Positions 45,701 to 57,214 of a DNA stretch of 64,000 bases are shown here, piece after piece. The position numbers and the translations under genes were made by a program. This stretch comes from Tubiluchus corallicola. Its lineage: Eukaryota > Animalia > Priapulida. Each line of letters begins with the position of its first letter. The stretch's first letter is position 1. The notes under the pieces were generated by a model. That model did not search any database. It saw nothing but the letters and a program-made list of their open reading frames with translations, and had not been told where the DNA came from. The DNA lies in the NCBI GenBank assembly GCA_030141605.1, contig JAQGDQ010000064.1, positions 424,116-488,115 on the forward strand, given 5' to 3'.

Positions 45701-48700
45701 ACAAGAATTACATTGCTACAGGTTACTAATTTTAATAACCTTTGCAAAAGCAAAATGTTAAGTGTTACTGTTAAAAACACTTTACGACACCAGAAACTTC
45801 AAAATTAGCTTTCTAAAAGTGCAGCCAGCCCCAGGGGATACTTCTTAATAATATATAAAATTTTCTATTACAGTGCATAACAAATTCATAATGGCACAGC
45901 AATCTAATCTGCATTGACACTAATTAGAATAAAAGCGTCAGAGAAAAGCAAAAGTTAAAATAAATATTTAATGAATAGAGGCATTTTTTATTAACGGCAA
46001 GGTGAAACAATAAATAATTCATTTCAACGCCAATATCTTCCAGCTAATCACGCCTAGAGCTGCAAGAATCATATCCAGGTATTATCCAACCTTATAAAAC
46101 ATTATTGAGCACAGCAACCATAACCCATTAATCAATGTACACAAGTAATTATATTAAGACATAAGAACTTTTATTTCACACAAGAAATACAAATTGTAGT
46201 CAGCTAACAAGTAAATATTTAAATAGTGTGGGGAAAGGGAACGACTATACGGTCTTTTACTCCCTTCCCCTATATAAAGTGAAATAAATAATTTTAAACA
46301 GTATTGTAGACAATAATAAAGTTATTTTTATGAGTACGATATAATGGTGTTGTTTGTTCTTTTGATTTTAGTTTTTTCCCAGTAGCTCCTTTAATCAAAT
46401 TTTAGATAGTATAGAAGCCTGAATTAGTCTAAGCATAAACAGTAAATAAAATAATTATACTGTTTTGTAAAACAGGGAACTTGCGAATTGCCATGAATAA
46501 AGAAAAAGACATTTACACATGTTTGATCACAAGGTATAAAAAGACAATTTTTTCATGAGGAAATATTACCATGAACAATTATAAAGTGTCATATTTTTTG
46601 GTGACTTTGAGATATATAGGTTAATTTTTGATTAATACCAGTATACAGATAGTGGTAATCATTTACAGAATTTTTAAGAGTGTGGGTTTCGACGATTAAA
46701 ATCATTAATTAAAAAAAGCACAATTATTTTATGCACGTGTGGTCATCTTCTTTCTTGTCTATATATTTTCTTGTGCTTAGTTGATAGATTCAGAGAGAGT
46801 ACTTATTCAATAATATTTTTTTAAAGTTTTTCATTGCTGAAGTCAAAACTGTGCACAACTTTAGCTCAGAGGGTAAATTATTCCAGAGTTTTGTACAATT
46901 ATGTTGCATACTATTTAAGCCATAAGACGATTCGAATAGTTTTTGAAAAAAATTTCCTTTGCAGGTAGACCTTGTGTAATAGGTGTGGCCATTACAGATA
47001 TAAGTAAAAAAGTTTTTAAAGAGTTCGGGCAGAACATTATTTATAAATTTATACATGAATTTAAACATTTCAAGGTTATAAATATCTTCCAGTTTTAATA
47101 GCTGGAGGTAGCTGTAGGAAGGAGTTACATGTGCTCTGAAATTGCCGAATGTAATGATTTGTTCTGAATGGTGATTAAAGGCTGCAATATAAACAGTTTG
47201 GTTTGTTTTCATGCCAACAAGCAGTATTGTAGATATGGATATACAGTGCGTAATAGATAGTTTTAAGTATAGAAGTGTTCAGAACGTGTCGAATTTTTGC
47301 ATATATTCCAGCAGTTTTGTTGAGTTTCGTTGTTATAGTGTCGATATGCGTGTTCCATTTCATATTGCTCTCCATAAGTAATCCTAAATGTTTGACACAG
47401 TTACTCTGTGTTATAGGCTTAACACCTATTTTAATTTTAAAGGCTGCATAATCTTGTGGTGACAATTTATTGCTAATTAACATAAACTTCGTTTTACAGT
47501 AATTAACCGATAATTTATTGGCTCTCATCCAGTTGTCAATTTTGTTTAATTCTGCATTAGTTCGGTTTTGTAAGGATATTATATTGTTGTCGGAAAGGAA
47601 AACAACTAGAATCATCAGCAAATAAGCGGGTGTTAAAGTTAGCAGATCTGGCTAAATCATTTATATAAAATAGGAAAAGAAGAGGTCTGAGTGGGGAGCC
47701 TTGTGGCACACCACAAGTCATTTCAATAATGTCTGAGAAAGCATCTTTAATTTCGGTAATTTAGTTCCGACTATGCAGTATGAGTACAGTGGTTCAAAAG
47801 CAGGGCCACGTATACCATAATAATTTAATTTGTATAACAAAATAGCATGCTGAATAGTATCGAAAGCTTTTGAGAGATCTAGAAAAATGCTGCAGGTAGT
47901 TGATTTTTTTGTCAAGATTTAAAAGCAGATTTTCTTAAATTCAATGGTGGTCAATGCAGTAGAATAAGATTTTCTAAAACCGAACTGGAATTTGGTTAGG
48001 ACATTATGGGATAAAAAGAAACCAGCGAGACGTTTATATATTAAATTTTCAAAAAATTTTGAAATAGGAGAAAGGATAGAAATTGATCTGTAGTTAGATG
48101 GACAGTCTGCTTTGTAGATTGGTGGTATTTTTGCCATCTTTAAACAGTCAGGGAAAACACCTTTACTAAGTGAACTGTTAAAAAGTCGGGTTAACATAGG
48201 GGCAATGACGTAAGTGGATAATTTATAAAATTTGATGGGGATATTATCAAGACGTATTGCTTATTTTCGTCCAGTTTCATAAGAGACAGTACAACTTCAT
48301 CTTCCGAAACAGGGGACAGGAAAATGGAACTAGCTAAGGGTGCATTTAAATATGATTGGTAACTTTTGGTAGGAGGAGAAATCTTTTTGGCCATATTATT
48401 ACCAATAGACTGCAAAAAATTGGTTGAATATGTTGGCAATAGCAGTTACTAGTTTAGACAGAATAACTTGTGACTTATTTTTTATCTTTAATATACTATT
48501 TATCGTACTCCAAGTCTTTTTATATTGTTTTTATTTTCTAGAAATATTTCATCATAATAATCTTTTTTTGCCTTCTGTTTCACATGCTTAAGCTTATTAG
48601 AGAACACTTTATAGTACTTTCTCTTGCAGATAGAATTGGACAGTTTATAACACCTATATAATTTGCTTCGTGTTTTTACAGATTTTCTTAGTCCTGCAGT

Positions 48701-51700
48701 TATCCATGGCTATCGAAAAGACAATGTTTCTTCCTTGTTAAAGTTCTGATTGGAGCATGTTAATCAAGAGTATTGGCGAAAACTTCGATGGAGTGTTCGA
48801 AAGCACTATTTAATTGACTAAATTGCATATCAAAGATGTTTGACAAATTGTTTTGAAGGTCAGCTAAAAATTTTTCAATATTTAAGTTTTTAGTGTCACG
48901 TACTTGTATCTGAGGTTGGGTTTTACTTACTTGAGAAGAATTGGATATAGCAAAGACAAGTAAGTGGTCTGCTACTTCATATTTGATAATGTCGGCAGTA
49001 ACAGGGTGTTGCATGTTATTAGTATAGGGTCAATGAATGTTTGTGAATTTAGGGTGATACGGGTAAGCTGTGTGACAATTGGATTTTCAAAAAGCTTATT
49101 CAGATAATTAGATACAGATCTTATTTCATCATGATGCAACAAATTTACGTTACTGTCACCACAGATGTGTGCAGTCTTTCCAGTTGCACTGATACTGGTT
49201 AATATGTTATTTAGTTCTTCACTAAAGTGATTTACAGAGCTATTTGGATGCCTGTAAATTGTGCCAAATATAATAGGAGCTTTGTTATTGGAAGTTTGAA
49301 TCTGGAGCCACAGGTCTTCAGCCTATATTCTGCTGATAGATTGGGGCTTTGTATTGTCTTTGAGTTTTCACAGTTAAACTTAAATTCATTTATTAGTTTA
49401 AAGTTTAGTTTTTTTTATAATTAAACCCGCGCCACCAGCAGCAGTTGTTGAGTATTTGCAAATAAATGTATACTCTGGTATGTCATAAATAAATGCACTC
49501 TGGTCCTTTAGTCTTGTTTCAGTCAGTGCAATAATATGGGGGCCTTGGGGAAAACAATCAATGACGTCTAACACATCCGCATAATATCTGCCAAGACTGC
49601 ATATGTTCAGATGAATAAACGAAAACTCATTGCTAGTATTGCTAATATTTTTGTGTTGCTGAAAGCTCTCTAGTTTATAGCACTAACTTGTATTTTGCAA
49701 TAAATACCTGTCAGGGTCCTGAATATCTTGCTTGATAGGAGAGAATGCAAGAGAATTAGTATAAAGATTCAGTTCATCACACGTGCGGAAAATATTAGTT
49801 AGTTCTGCATTTTCACAAGTCTGAAAATGACTTCATGTACATATATACCCATGTAGCATATGTTATATATTTGCAATGCAAGTTCCAAGAATTTTATAAA
49901 GCCACAACTTGTGCTGTATGTATCAGACTAGCTGAACGAGACTTGGTTATAATTATTTACTAGCAAAGCAAGAGCATACGCGTATCAGGCATATCTAGAT
50001 GTTCCTACTAATGTAGACAAATGCTTATTGAATAAGTCACATTTTGAGTTTTGGTTTGATGTTTAGAGTTCTACCTATACGTAGCTATTATCAGTTACAA
50101 GTTACTGAGTTACAAATTAGCCTTCACAAACTTGTCAGAGTGTGACCACTTAAACATGGAAAGATTAAATATATGCTATGTGATCTAATATAATTTTAAC
50201 ATACTACATTCACATTTCTTGTGGTCATTACTGAAGTTATGGATACCAAGATTATGGACTCAAATTCAGGCAAGTAATGACAATGAGTACTTGGCCACAT
50301 CACCGACAGATACCAGACTCAGACTTCCTGTAACTTTTGCCAGTCCCTCGTGATTGATCTCAGGACAGCCAATAATATTATACTTTTCAGTGACTTTTTA
50401 CATTTTGACATTTTTTGTTGTTGAGATCATTGTATCAAATACAAAATCCACTACATCGCTATTTCATCATGACTTCGGATCACATCGATGACATTTCTGC
50501 CTTATAGACAATTTGTTTTTTAGGAATGATGTATTATTATGATGTAAGGTCAGATAAAATATGTAAAACACACCAAGTCACTCTGAGGCAATGACCATTA
50601 ATGACATTGTGATCTTAAAAACATAATAGCTCATGGTCAGACATAGGACAACAGTTAACCAATTAGGCGCATACGTTTGTAGGTTCTTTTAGTAATCTTC
50701 TAGGTATACTGTAGATGGATGGATAAAATAACCTAACGTAAGAAAACATTATAATCACTAACTGATTTTATTGGTGTGAGCAAATACCAGACTCTGAAAC
50801 ATACATGGACAATATTTTTTTTTAATATATAATTAATATAATATATATATATATATTAATAATGTTTTTTTCACTACAATATATGACACCTCATTAAATT
50901 ACTTGGCTTAAAAAGACACCGAAGGTTTAATAATGATATTAAAAGTAGAAAATAATGGAATCTCTTAAAAACTACCCACTGGTATTACGTTTGCTTATGA
51001 ATAAACACAAAACATTTTACGTCATTCACTCAGATTTTTCAAAAGATATAAAAGTTTTAAATCAGCAAGTCAAAAAATAAAAAAAAAAATTTTTGTATGC
51101 CACTATTGTTAAACTTTACGGCAAGTTCTGCGTGTGTACTATTTTCAATGCGAATTAGACGAAGGCATTTCTTTAAACATCTGATACAGTTTTTCACTTC
51201 TTTAAGTGGTATTTGGTGCTAGCATTCAATAAACTCTGTCTTAAGTTCTTCTCAAAATTCCAGATACCATGAGCCAGATGATTAAGTCATATTTTTTCTT
51301 AAAAACACATCTTTATTATTGCATTATTTCCTGTAAAGACCAGGATGAAAAATGGTTCATCTCTACCATTTGTTGCCATGTTGATATTTTCCATTTGTTG
51401 CCATGTTTCCTGCGCTTTTTTATGTCAACATGGCTGTTTTTCAACTGATAACATTATTCTGAGAGCCAGATTTTGATTCTGTAGGCCCCTGGGCTACAGA
51501 CACCGTGAGGCCCGGCCTTCAGCGACAGTTAACAAAAACACGAAGGTTGATTTCTTCAAACCAGCTTATTCAACTTCTACAACATATTGCCAATAATAGG
51601 GTCATATAGATGGGTGCAAGTCTAGCACAACAAAAAGAGAAGAGATATTCTGGTATTTAAAAACCAAAATAAGTTTTTGAAATATTAAATATAATACGTA

Positions 51701-53009
51701 CAAAGTACAATAAATAAATTACTGGTATTTTAATGTATATTATAAAATATACAGTTACAAGTACTAATTAACTTTCATTCACCAACGGACTCTTTCAAGC
51801 TGCTAAAAACCTATGCATTTACACTGTAGCTAGGGATATTTGACTTTAACAGTAGTGTTACAGACTTTCAAAAATATAATTGTAACTGCTATAATTGACT
51901 GCCATAAACACATAAGAGGACAGCAATGGAAATAATCTAATATTAGTCATTTTGCAATGAATTGGTTGAGCCCTTTTTAAAGAGATAATTCAGCATACTT
52001 CAACTTTCATTCTGTAGTAACTTTTCGTACAGTAAGTTAATTTCACTTAATCTCTGGAGGCCCCTCGGCTGTAACCCATAAAGCAAATGCCTTAATCCAA
52101 CGCTGGTTATTCTTGAGTTAAATTTTTAACATGCAAAAGCTTTTTGACCATAACTTAAACACAATTAAAGCCATAAACTTGTAACATTCACAGTCAAAAG
52201 CCAACGTATTACAATACCATACTAATTTCAACTTTGTAGGCCACTTGTTTCTAATATTATTGCAGTTTAAACTTTGGTGCATTTTTTTCTGTTCCACTTG
52301 ATACATCTGAGATGAAAAGACAGCAATACATGCATGTATTATAATTATAAAGATGTTACCTTTGCTAAGCAAAAGGCAAAATATAGGGTGCACTAATACT
52401 CACGAATGCGGAAAGGCCAAAATCTAGTGACTGTCATCACGACTAATTTTCTGAGATGATACACTGAACCCCCAGAGGGTATTAGCCACACATTTGGATA
52501 TATATTATGCATCTTTCTTCAGTGAGAATATTAGTGGGGCTCTGAGCAGTATGGCATTTTCTTCTATGTCTATGTTTCTGGTAATCATCCAGAAAACTCA
52601 GGCCACCCATTTATTTACTAATAATACAGGCAAGTGTTACTCACCTTCGCAGCTCTACACCGTGGGAGTTGGCCTATATTTTCCACGCATGCATGATGGC
52701 TATTCAAGCAAGCAACCTACAGTATTCAGTACCTATGGTACATTTCTAGCAGGGGTACTGGTTTAGAGCTATGCTAGTGTCATGGACTGATACAGTCAAT
52801 CTATACTCGACTTAACTAAATACATGTTTCAGCCAATCAAACAGTAGACAATTTTTATGATATATATTAATTTATCATGCAAAGAATAATAGACTATTGA
52901 CTTTATATAACTTACTTGTATTACCGGCTGCCGATACAATTTGTGCATTTTTCCACGCAAATGAGAGAATTATCGTAGCACCAAAATGAAACAGCCGAAA
53001 ATCGACCAT
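20479..53009 (-). CDS. KIAA1549: KIAA1549/KIAA1549L (UPF0606)-like giant single-pass membrane glycoprotein, about 4814 aa
   Basis: Exons: 52925-53009 (signal-peptide-like MVDFRLFHFGATIILSFAWKNAQIVSAA, tentative), 45065-45604, 33938-44773, 33296-33579, 31316-31484, 30443-30648 (TM LWLIGAVAGGVLLLAMIVWLILFSYY), 29655-29830 (donor less certain), 28544-28704, 27859-28007, 27133-27232, 25948-26060, 24725-24846, 24392-24504, 23800-23954, 20479-21714; 14,445 nt, in frame. Family motifs: QIVNI..VSYYI..MAIMLGY, KVELEKWRNKQK, ETRAKMDELLDEAFSL, INAIKQELRRLS. Confidence 0.85.
25250..25321 (-). pseudogene. tRNA-like pseudogene or SINE head (GAA at the anticodon position)
   Basis: Minus strand gcctcttcaatgtactggttagcatagctgtttgaaaagcagaagacctgggtttgagtcccagtggaggcc: acceptor gcctc/gaggc, T-arm ctggg/cccag, anticodon arm ctgt/gcag; T-loop and D-arm degenerate. 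Confidence 0.6.
27450..27829. mobile_element. Degenerate hAT-like element
   Basis: Right end ctggctatgcccctg is typical of CAGGGGC-type TIRs; left end and TSD not clearly recoverable. Confidence 0.35.
29126..29538. mobile_element. pogo/Tc2-type MITE (internally deleted DNA transposon)
   Basis: TIRs ccgtattttcccatgtataagagaccct and agggtctcttatacacgggaaaatacgg; TA on both sides; internal tataagagaccc repeats; minus-strand acidic remnant ...DIFDESDEEFNDFYDE*. Confidence 0.9.
30815..31140. repeat. Dispersed-repeat remnant with an internal duplication of about 130 bp
   Basis: ggaaggttttag...tcaattta and aaatagcactttttagg(a/c)cat(c/t)ctgct each occur twice (about 30890-31005 and 31020-31138); family unclear. 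Confidence 0.45.
33938..44773 (-). CDS. KIAA1549: Giant internal exon (10,836 bp, 3612 codons): acidic Ser/Thr/Asn-rich mucin-like ectodomain
   Basis: Stop-free ORF bounded by a tttcag acceptor (44774) and a gtaagt donor (33937), both phase 1; PTS-rich C-terminal third. Confidence 0.92.
34200..34945 (-). repeat. Coding Thr-rich tandem repeats, higher-order period 327 bp (109 aa)
   Basis: STLSNTTIPITSSPTTASTLPTTKITLPMTTTTTSRVTTATTRPSMEKIATTAIT(V/M)PSITESILPNTT occurs twice almost identically, with more diverged copies alongside. Confidence 0.9.
40973..41552 (-). repeat. Coding tandem duplication, 2 x 291 bp (97 aa)
   Basis: SASSVQALNES...YYNITLKHFN.SLLMEPSIS.TTSEYE.ISTANYNYTLLS.EINDT...PGLPHE.YSETSTSDS is repeated back to back. 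Confidence 0.93.
46160..49830 (-). mobile_element. Decayed 5'-truncated LINE (CR1/L2 group): APE endonuclease plus reverse transcriptase
   Basis: Frameshifted ORF2 pieces: FSFIHLNICSL, IIALTETRL, DHLLVF (APE); NYRSISIL, QFGFR, FLDLSKAFDTI, GVPQGS, LFADD, WMRANKLSVN..KT (RT). 3' hairpin at 46230-46270 and AATAAA at 46170-46175. Confidence 0.93.
51461..52105. mobile_element. Degenerate hAT (Tip100-like) non-autonomous element
   Basis: Ends gagagccagatt and aatccaacgctg, ggcccc subterminal motifs at both ends, 8-bp flanks attattct and gttattct (7/8 match). Confidence 0.65.
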
Positions 53010-53345
53010 TGCCTCTAGCTCACCGGGGCAACCATTATGTAAATGCAATATCCCCAATCAAAATAAATTTGAATGTCATTCTTGTGCAAGCATTTGACTT
53101 GTAGTGTAAGCACCAAATTCCAAACGGCAAAACGGCGTCTATCACGATAGGTGACTCAATCAATGAAGCACATGCTGCCAGGTGCAATACAGCGATGTAT
53201 TGATGTTTATTGCGAGTTGCTAAGATACGAGCGGCATCGTTTTCAGGTGGTGAGAAATCGGCGCTTTCAGTAATCATCTTCGTTTTGTGAACGCAGATAA
53301 GGCGTTTTTCACGATACAGACTTGCTGCAAGCAACTCTTTAATAT
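53010..53345 (-). promoter_or_regulatory. CpG-enriched 5'UTR/promoter region of the KIAA1549-like gene
   Basis: Local rise in CpG and GC content directly upstream of the putative signal-peptide exon, in an otherwise CpG-poor context. Confidence 0.45.
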
Positions 53346-55369
53346 TTACAGTCCTAGCAAACGACCTATTTTTTATGAAAGTTACTACAGTAACATAAAA
53401 TTCGTTGAAAATTAAATAACTTGAATATTATTAATTTAATTATTTGAATATATTCTTTCAAATTATTTGAATATTCTGGCTGAAATAACATTTATGACAT
53501 CGATTGAAAATTTAAAGGGAAAGTACCGTGAAAAGAATTTTGCTTTTTTTGCAAAAGTTTAATTTGTAAGATGGTGCCAGATTAAAGAGGACCCAGACTT
53601 TGTGGCTACATTTTTGTCCATTCCTTTATCACTTTGCACACTGGAAGCCAGAATCAACTTTCAACGACAGGGCTAATTTAACACGATATTTATGGCGTGA
53701 CAAGAGCTTGACTTATTATCAAGTGAAACTATATAAGATGAGCTGCTTTACCAATAAAGGTGTTGCAGGCTGTTAGATAGTATGGTGAAAGAAACCACCC
53801 AGACGAAGAGTGTTTGCATATCCACTCAGTCATGAATCTCCACATACTGATTATAAGCCTCCTACACTGTACAACTTGTTATATACACACAATACTGTTA
53901 AGTCTCACGTGGTTTCGTGTCCACAAGTAGTTGACTAGTTTGTTGATTCCTTAATTTTTCACTCACACAAATACACTACAAGTATCCGTTACTGAGAATC
54001 TTAAACTAGTCTAAGAATTCACAACAGCCTTTTGCTGTCTACATTAAATCTAGTGTTGATCTTGTTTAGTTCTTGTACCACCTCAAACTATAATAAGAGG
54101 TAATTTAAATTTCAATCGTGCATAAATTTAATCACAAATCAGTCATTATCATAATAAATGCGTGACTGCAAACTTACAGGCATGTAAAAAATGACTCAAA
54201 ACAGCTCTTCAATCTATACCAAAGTTCCTGTTCAAAAACCCTTAAGACTTTGTGCATAGTCCTAATTATTTGTTATATATAGTACTGATAAAAATTGTTT
54301 GGTTGCAGAATTCTGGTGACCTCTGACCTCTATAGTGACCCAGGATACTGTAGAAATTCTCTACCTTGTACACTGGAGCGTATTTACAGTATGCAGATTC
54401 CGTAGTGACAGAATTCCAAGAACTTAATAAAAGTGATCAGCACATGATCTCAAATTTCATAAAATTTCAATATCAAAAACTTATTATTATTATTTATTCT
54501 CAAAATTCTCTAAAATAGAATGAAAAGTATACTGAATTAAAAATAAAGTACATTAAAAAAACTTTATAAATAAACAGAATAATTATAACAAAGCACAGAA
54601 GTAAACATTGATTTAAGGTAACTGCTGATATGGATATCCATCTAGTACTACAAAACTAGATTCGGTGTTAAGCTGAGACAATTATTATTTTCTGATATTA
54701 TTAGGCTTATTATTATTTTGTATTACTGTTGGCTTCTAACCAGTACAATAATTATGTGTGTAATGAATTTAAACATACACTCATATCTCGGTTTGATGGA
54801 CCTCGCTTTTACAGATATTGGAAGAATTAGACAAAATCTGGACCGTTAAAAAGTCATACGTACTACGGACATAGTCCGTTATTTTGCGACCTGACCGCTA
54901 GTTGGCGGGCCGTCACTTCGTTTACATCATTACATTAGTGTAACCAAGCAGCGTGTCACGGCACACTTGTAGCTTGTATGTCAGCATGTTTAAGTGGTTT
55001 AATCAGTGTAATCATAGTTTTTACATAGTTTTGCATAGGAGCGGCCCAAAAACTACACATTTTTGAGACAATTAATCGATTGATTCTGCATTACTGTGAG
55101 TCTAATACATGGCACCTACTGTATTAGCTTTGTATCAGTAAATATGGACAAATGGCAAAGTCAGATCGACGGCTCCCTGCTTTTGTCCAGCAAATCAAAT
55201 ATGAGTGCAATTAGATTTGCAAATAAATTACACATAATAAATAGTAGTTAGTGAAATTATAATAACAGGATGAGTTGTACAATTAAGAAAATGTAAAAAT
55301 AAAAAAACAATAACTTAATGATCCCAAATTACTGAATAAAAATAATAAATTATTAACAAACCCAGAGCA

Positions 55370-57214
55370 TTAACGCACAACAGCAATGTAGTTTATAGGA
55401 TCAAGTATGAATTTAAGTGGTTCACCCTTAAACACAGCATCATTTGTCATCATCCTAACGGTTTTATCTAATGACAATGGAACTCGTACTTGTTTGCGTA
55501 ACTGTTGAACTAATAACAGACCATCTTTGCTTAAACTGCTTGATGACTTTTCATTTGTTGTATATTTCACTAGGTCCAGGGTTAACAGTGTTACACACTC
55601 ACCAGAAGCAAGGTTCCAACAAACAGCAAAACCAGTTTTATATAGCAACGGCAAACCACAATAAACCGCTTCAGAGTTTCTAGGTGGCGTAGCTTGTATC
55701 AGTACATGTACAATTAATATAACCAAATCACTGGAATTGGGAACAATGTCCAGAATACGGACATCGTAATCAGTCAGAGAAAGAAAGCGATCTGACAACT
55801 CGGTATTCTGGTGCACTGCTTCTGTTATGTACTGCTCTATATCCAATGTCATTTGCTGCAAACTCAGACAGCCCATTAAAGGCATAGTTTTAGGAACTTG
55901 TGTAATGAATGGAATGCCAGCCGTGCCATGTTTGCAAACTTGTATTGGTAAATGATCAGAGTAATCTTCATTAATATCCACATCTGAAAAGGAGTTGCCA
56001 AATGTCAGCGTGTCTATGTACCACCGTCGCAGCCAAGTTACACACTGAGGCTCCTGTTGCAAGTAGGACCCAACATTATGCAAAGCATGAATATCACAGT
56101 TACAAGTAGCTGAAGTGCACGCATTCGAAAGAATTTTTGATGACTCAGATGAAAGAATATTGAGAGAATTTGTAAACTGATAATTTTTCACACAGTTTTC
56201 ACCTCCTAGTCTCCTGTATTCTACTTCAGAAGATAGCTGTCTTGAATCACAGTCTTCATCAGAACTTTCCGCAATCGCTATTTGCTGTTTCTCATATTTT
56301 GTGGGAAGCCAGTTAATGATACCGGAACTCTCTGCCTGAGGTTCTGAATTTTCTTTGTTACAGACGTGAAGGATATTATTAGCTATGTTGTCATTGTATT
56401 CAGCATAGGAGATCTGTGATGGGTTGTACAGTTGTACTGGACTAGACTTACCTGTCATTAGACAACAGCAATCATTTCTGCACAATTCAGTTTCTTCTTG
56501 CTGGTTTTTAAGTTGTTTGCAAAAAGCAACAGTTAACACAGCAACAGAGTCACCAGTGTTTAAAACAATGGTGTCATCACATTTCATGCAAACGCTTGGC
56601 TGAAATTTCGGAAATGGTGGAGTAAGTTCGTATTTGGTATGAACTGCATAACTGTGCTGAAAACATTGAACAGGCAGGGCTGTTGTAGGTTGACATAACT
56701 TTTCTGTGGATCTTTTGCGCATCGTATTACATGTCCGGCACAAATTAAGAGCTGGTACAGCAGTTATAGTTACATAGCAATGATGTTTATCATCGTCTGC
56801 CTCAACGTAACCATCCGAATCACCATGAACAAGAATGTGTGACACTGAAGACGGCCATTGACAAATGGTAAGCCTCAGGGAAGTACGAACTTCATTGTCA
56901 CCAAACAGCTTAACTATAGACACTAGCCTTAGCGGCTGATTTGGATCAAACTTCCACCAGTATAGGTAATAAGAAAATGACAAGTAGCAAAAGTCTAACT
57001 TGTATGACAGCAAAAAATGGCCATCTTTAGTGAATCCCATAAACACTTGACCATCAGTTGTGGAATCATTAGGCTGGATTTTCTTCAAGCAAGAAATTAA
57101 TCTATCTGGAATGTTTGAAAACAACGGACGCTGCCGACCCCGAAATTTTAAATCAAAGCTTCCGTAAGTTTGTCGGTTTAGTAGCTTATATACAATGCTA
57201 ACTTTGCCAGGCAT
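55370..57214 (-). CDS. DCAF15: DDB1- and CUL4-associated factor 15, single coding exon, 614 aa
   Basis: Matches recalled DCAF15 motifs: LFSNIPDR, VFMGFTKDGHFLLSY, YYLYWWKF, LRLTICQWPS, Zn site CRTC...CFQH, HTKYELTPPFPKFQP, LNTG, LTDYDVRILDI, WNLASG, MTNDAVFKG. Splice acceptor in the 5'UTR at 57294. Confidence 0.95.
   Translation of the reverse strand: MPGKVSIVYKLLNRQTYGSFDLKFRGRQRPLFSNIPDRLISCLKKIQPNDSTTDGQVFMGFTKDGHFLLSYKLDFCYLSFSYYLYWWKFDPNQPLRLVSIVKLFGDNEVRTSLRLTICQWPSSVSHILVHGDSDGYVEADDDKHHCYVTITAVPALNLCRTCNTMRKRSTEKLCQPTTALPVQCFQHSYAVHTKYELTPPFPKFQPSVCMKCDDTIVLNTGDSVAVLTVAFCKQLKNQQEETELCRNDCCCLMTGKSSPVQLYNPSQISYAEYNDNIANNILHVCNKENSEPQAESSGIINWLPTKYEKQQIAIAESSDEDCDSRQLSSEVEYRRLGGENCVKNYQFTNSLNILSSESSKILSNACTSATCNCDIHALHNVGSYLQQEPQCVTWLRRWYIDTLTFGNSFSDVDINEDYSDHLPIQVCKHGTAGIPFITQVPKTMPLMGCLSLQQMTLDIEQYITEAVHQNTELSDRFLSLTDYDVRILDIVPNSSDLVILIVHVLIQATPPRNSEAVYCGLPLLYKTGFAVCWNLASGECVTLLTLDLVKYTTNEKSSSSLSKDGLLLVQQLRKQVRVPLSLDKTVRMMTNDAVFKGEPLKFILDPINYIAVVR

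Noticed and set aside
52630-52790. Strong donor AAG|GTGAGT as an alternative first coding exon of the KIAA1549-like gene
   Set aside because: The upstream ATG frames hit stops and encode no signal peptide; exon 52925-53009 fits better.
53035-53334. 99-aa minus-strand ORF upstream of the KIAA1549-like start
   Set aside because: No recognisable motif; compatible with a GC-richer 5'UTR. It could be a uORF but the sequence alone does not support that.
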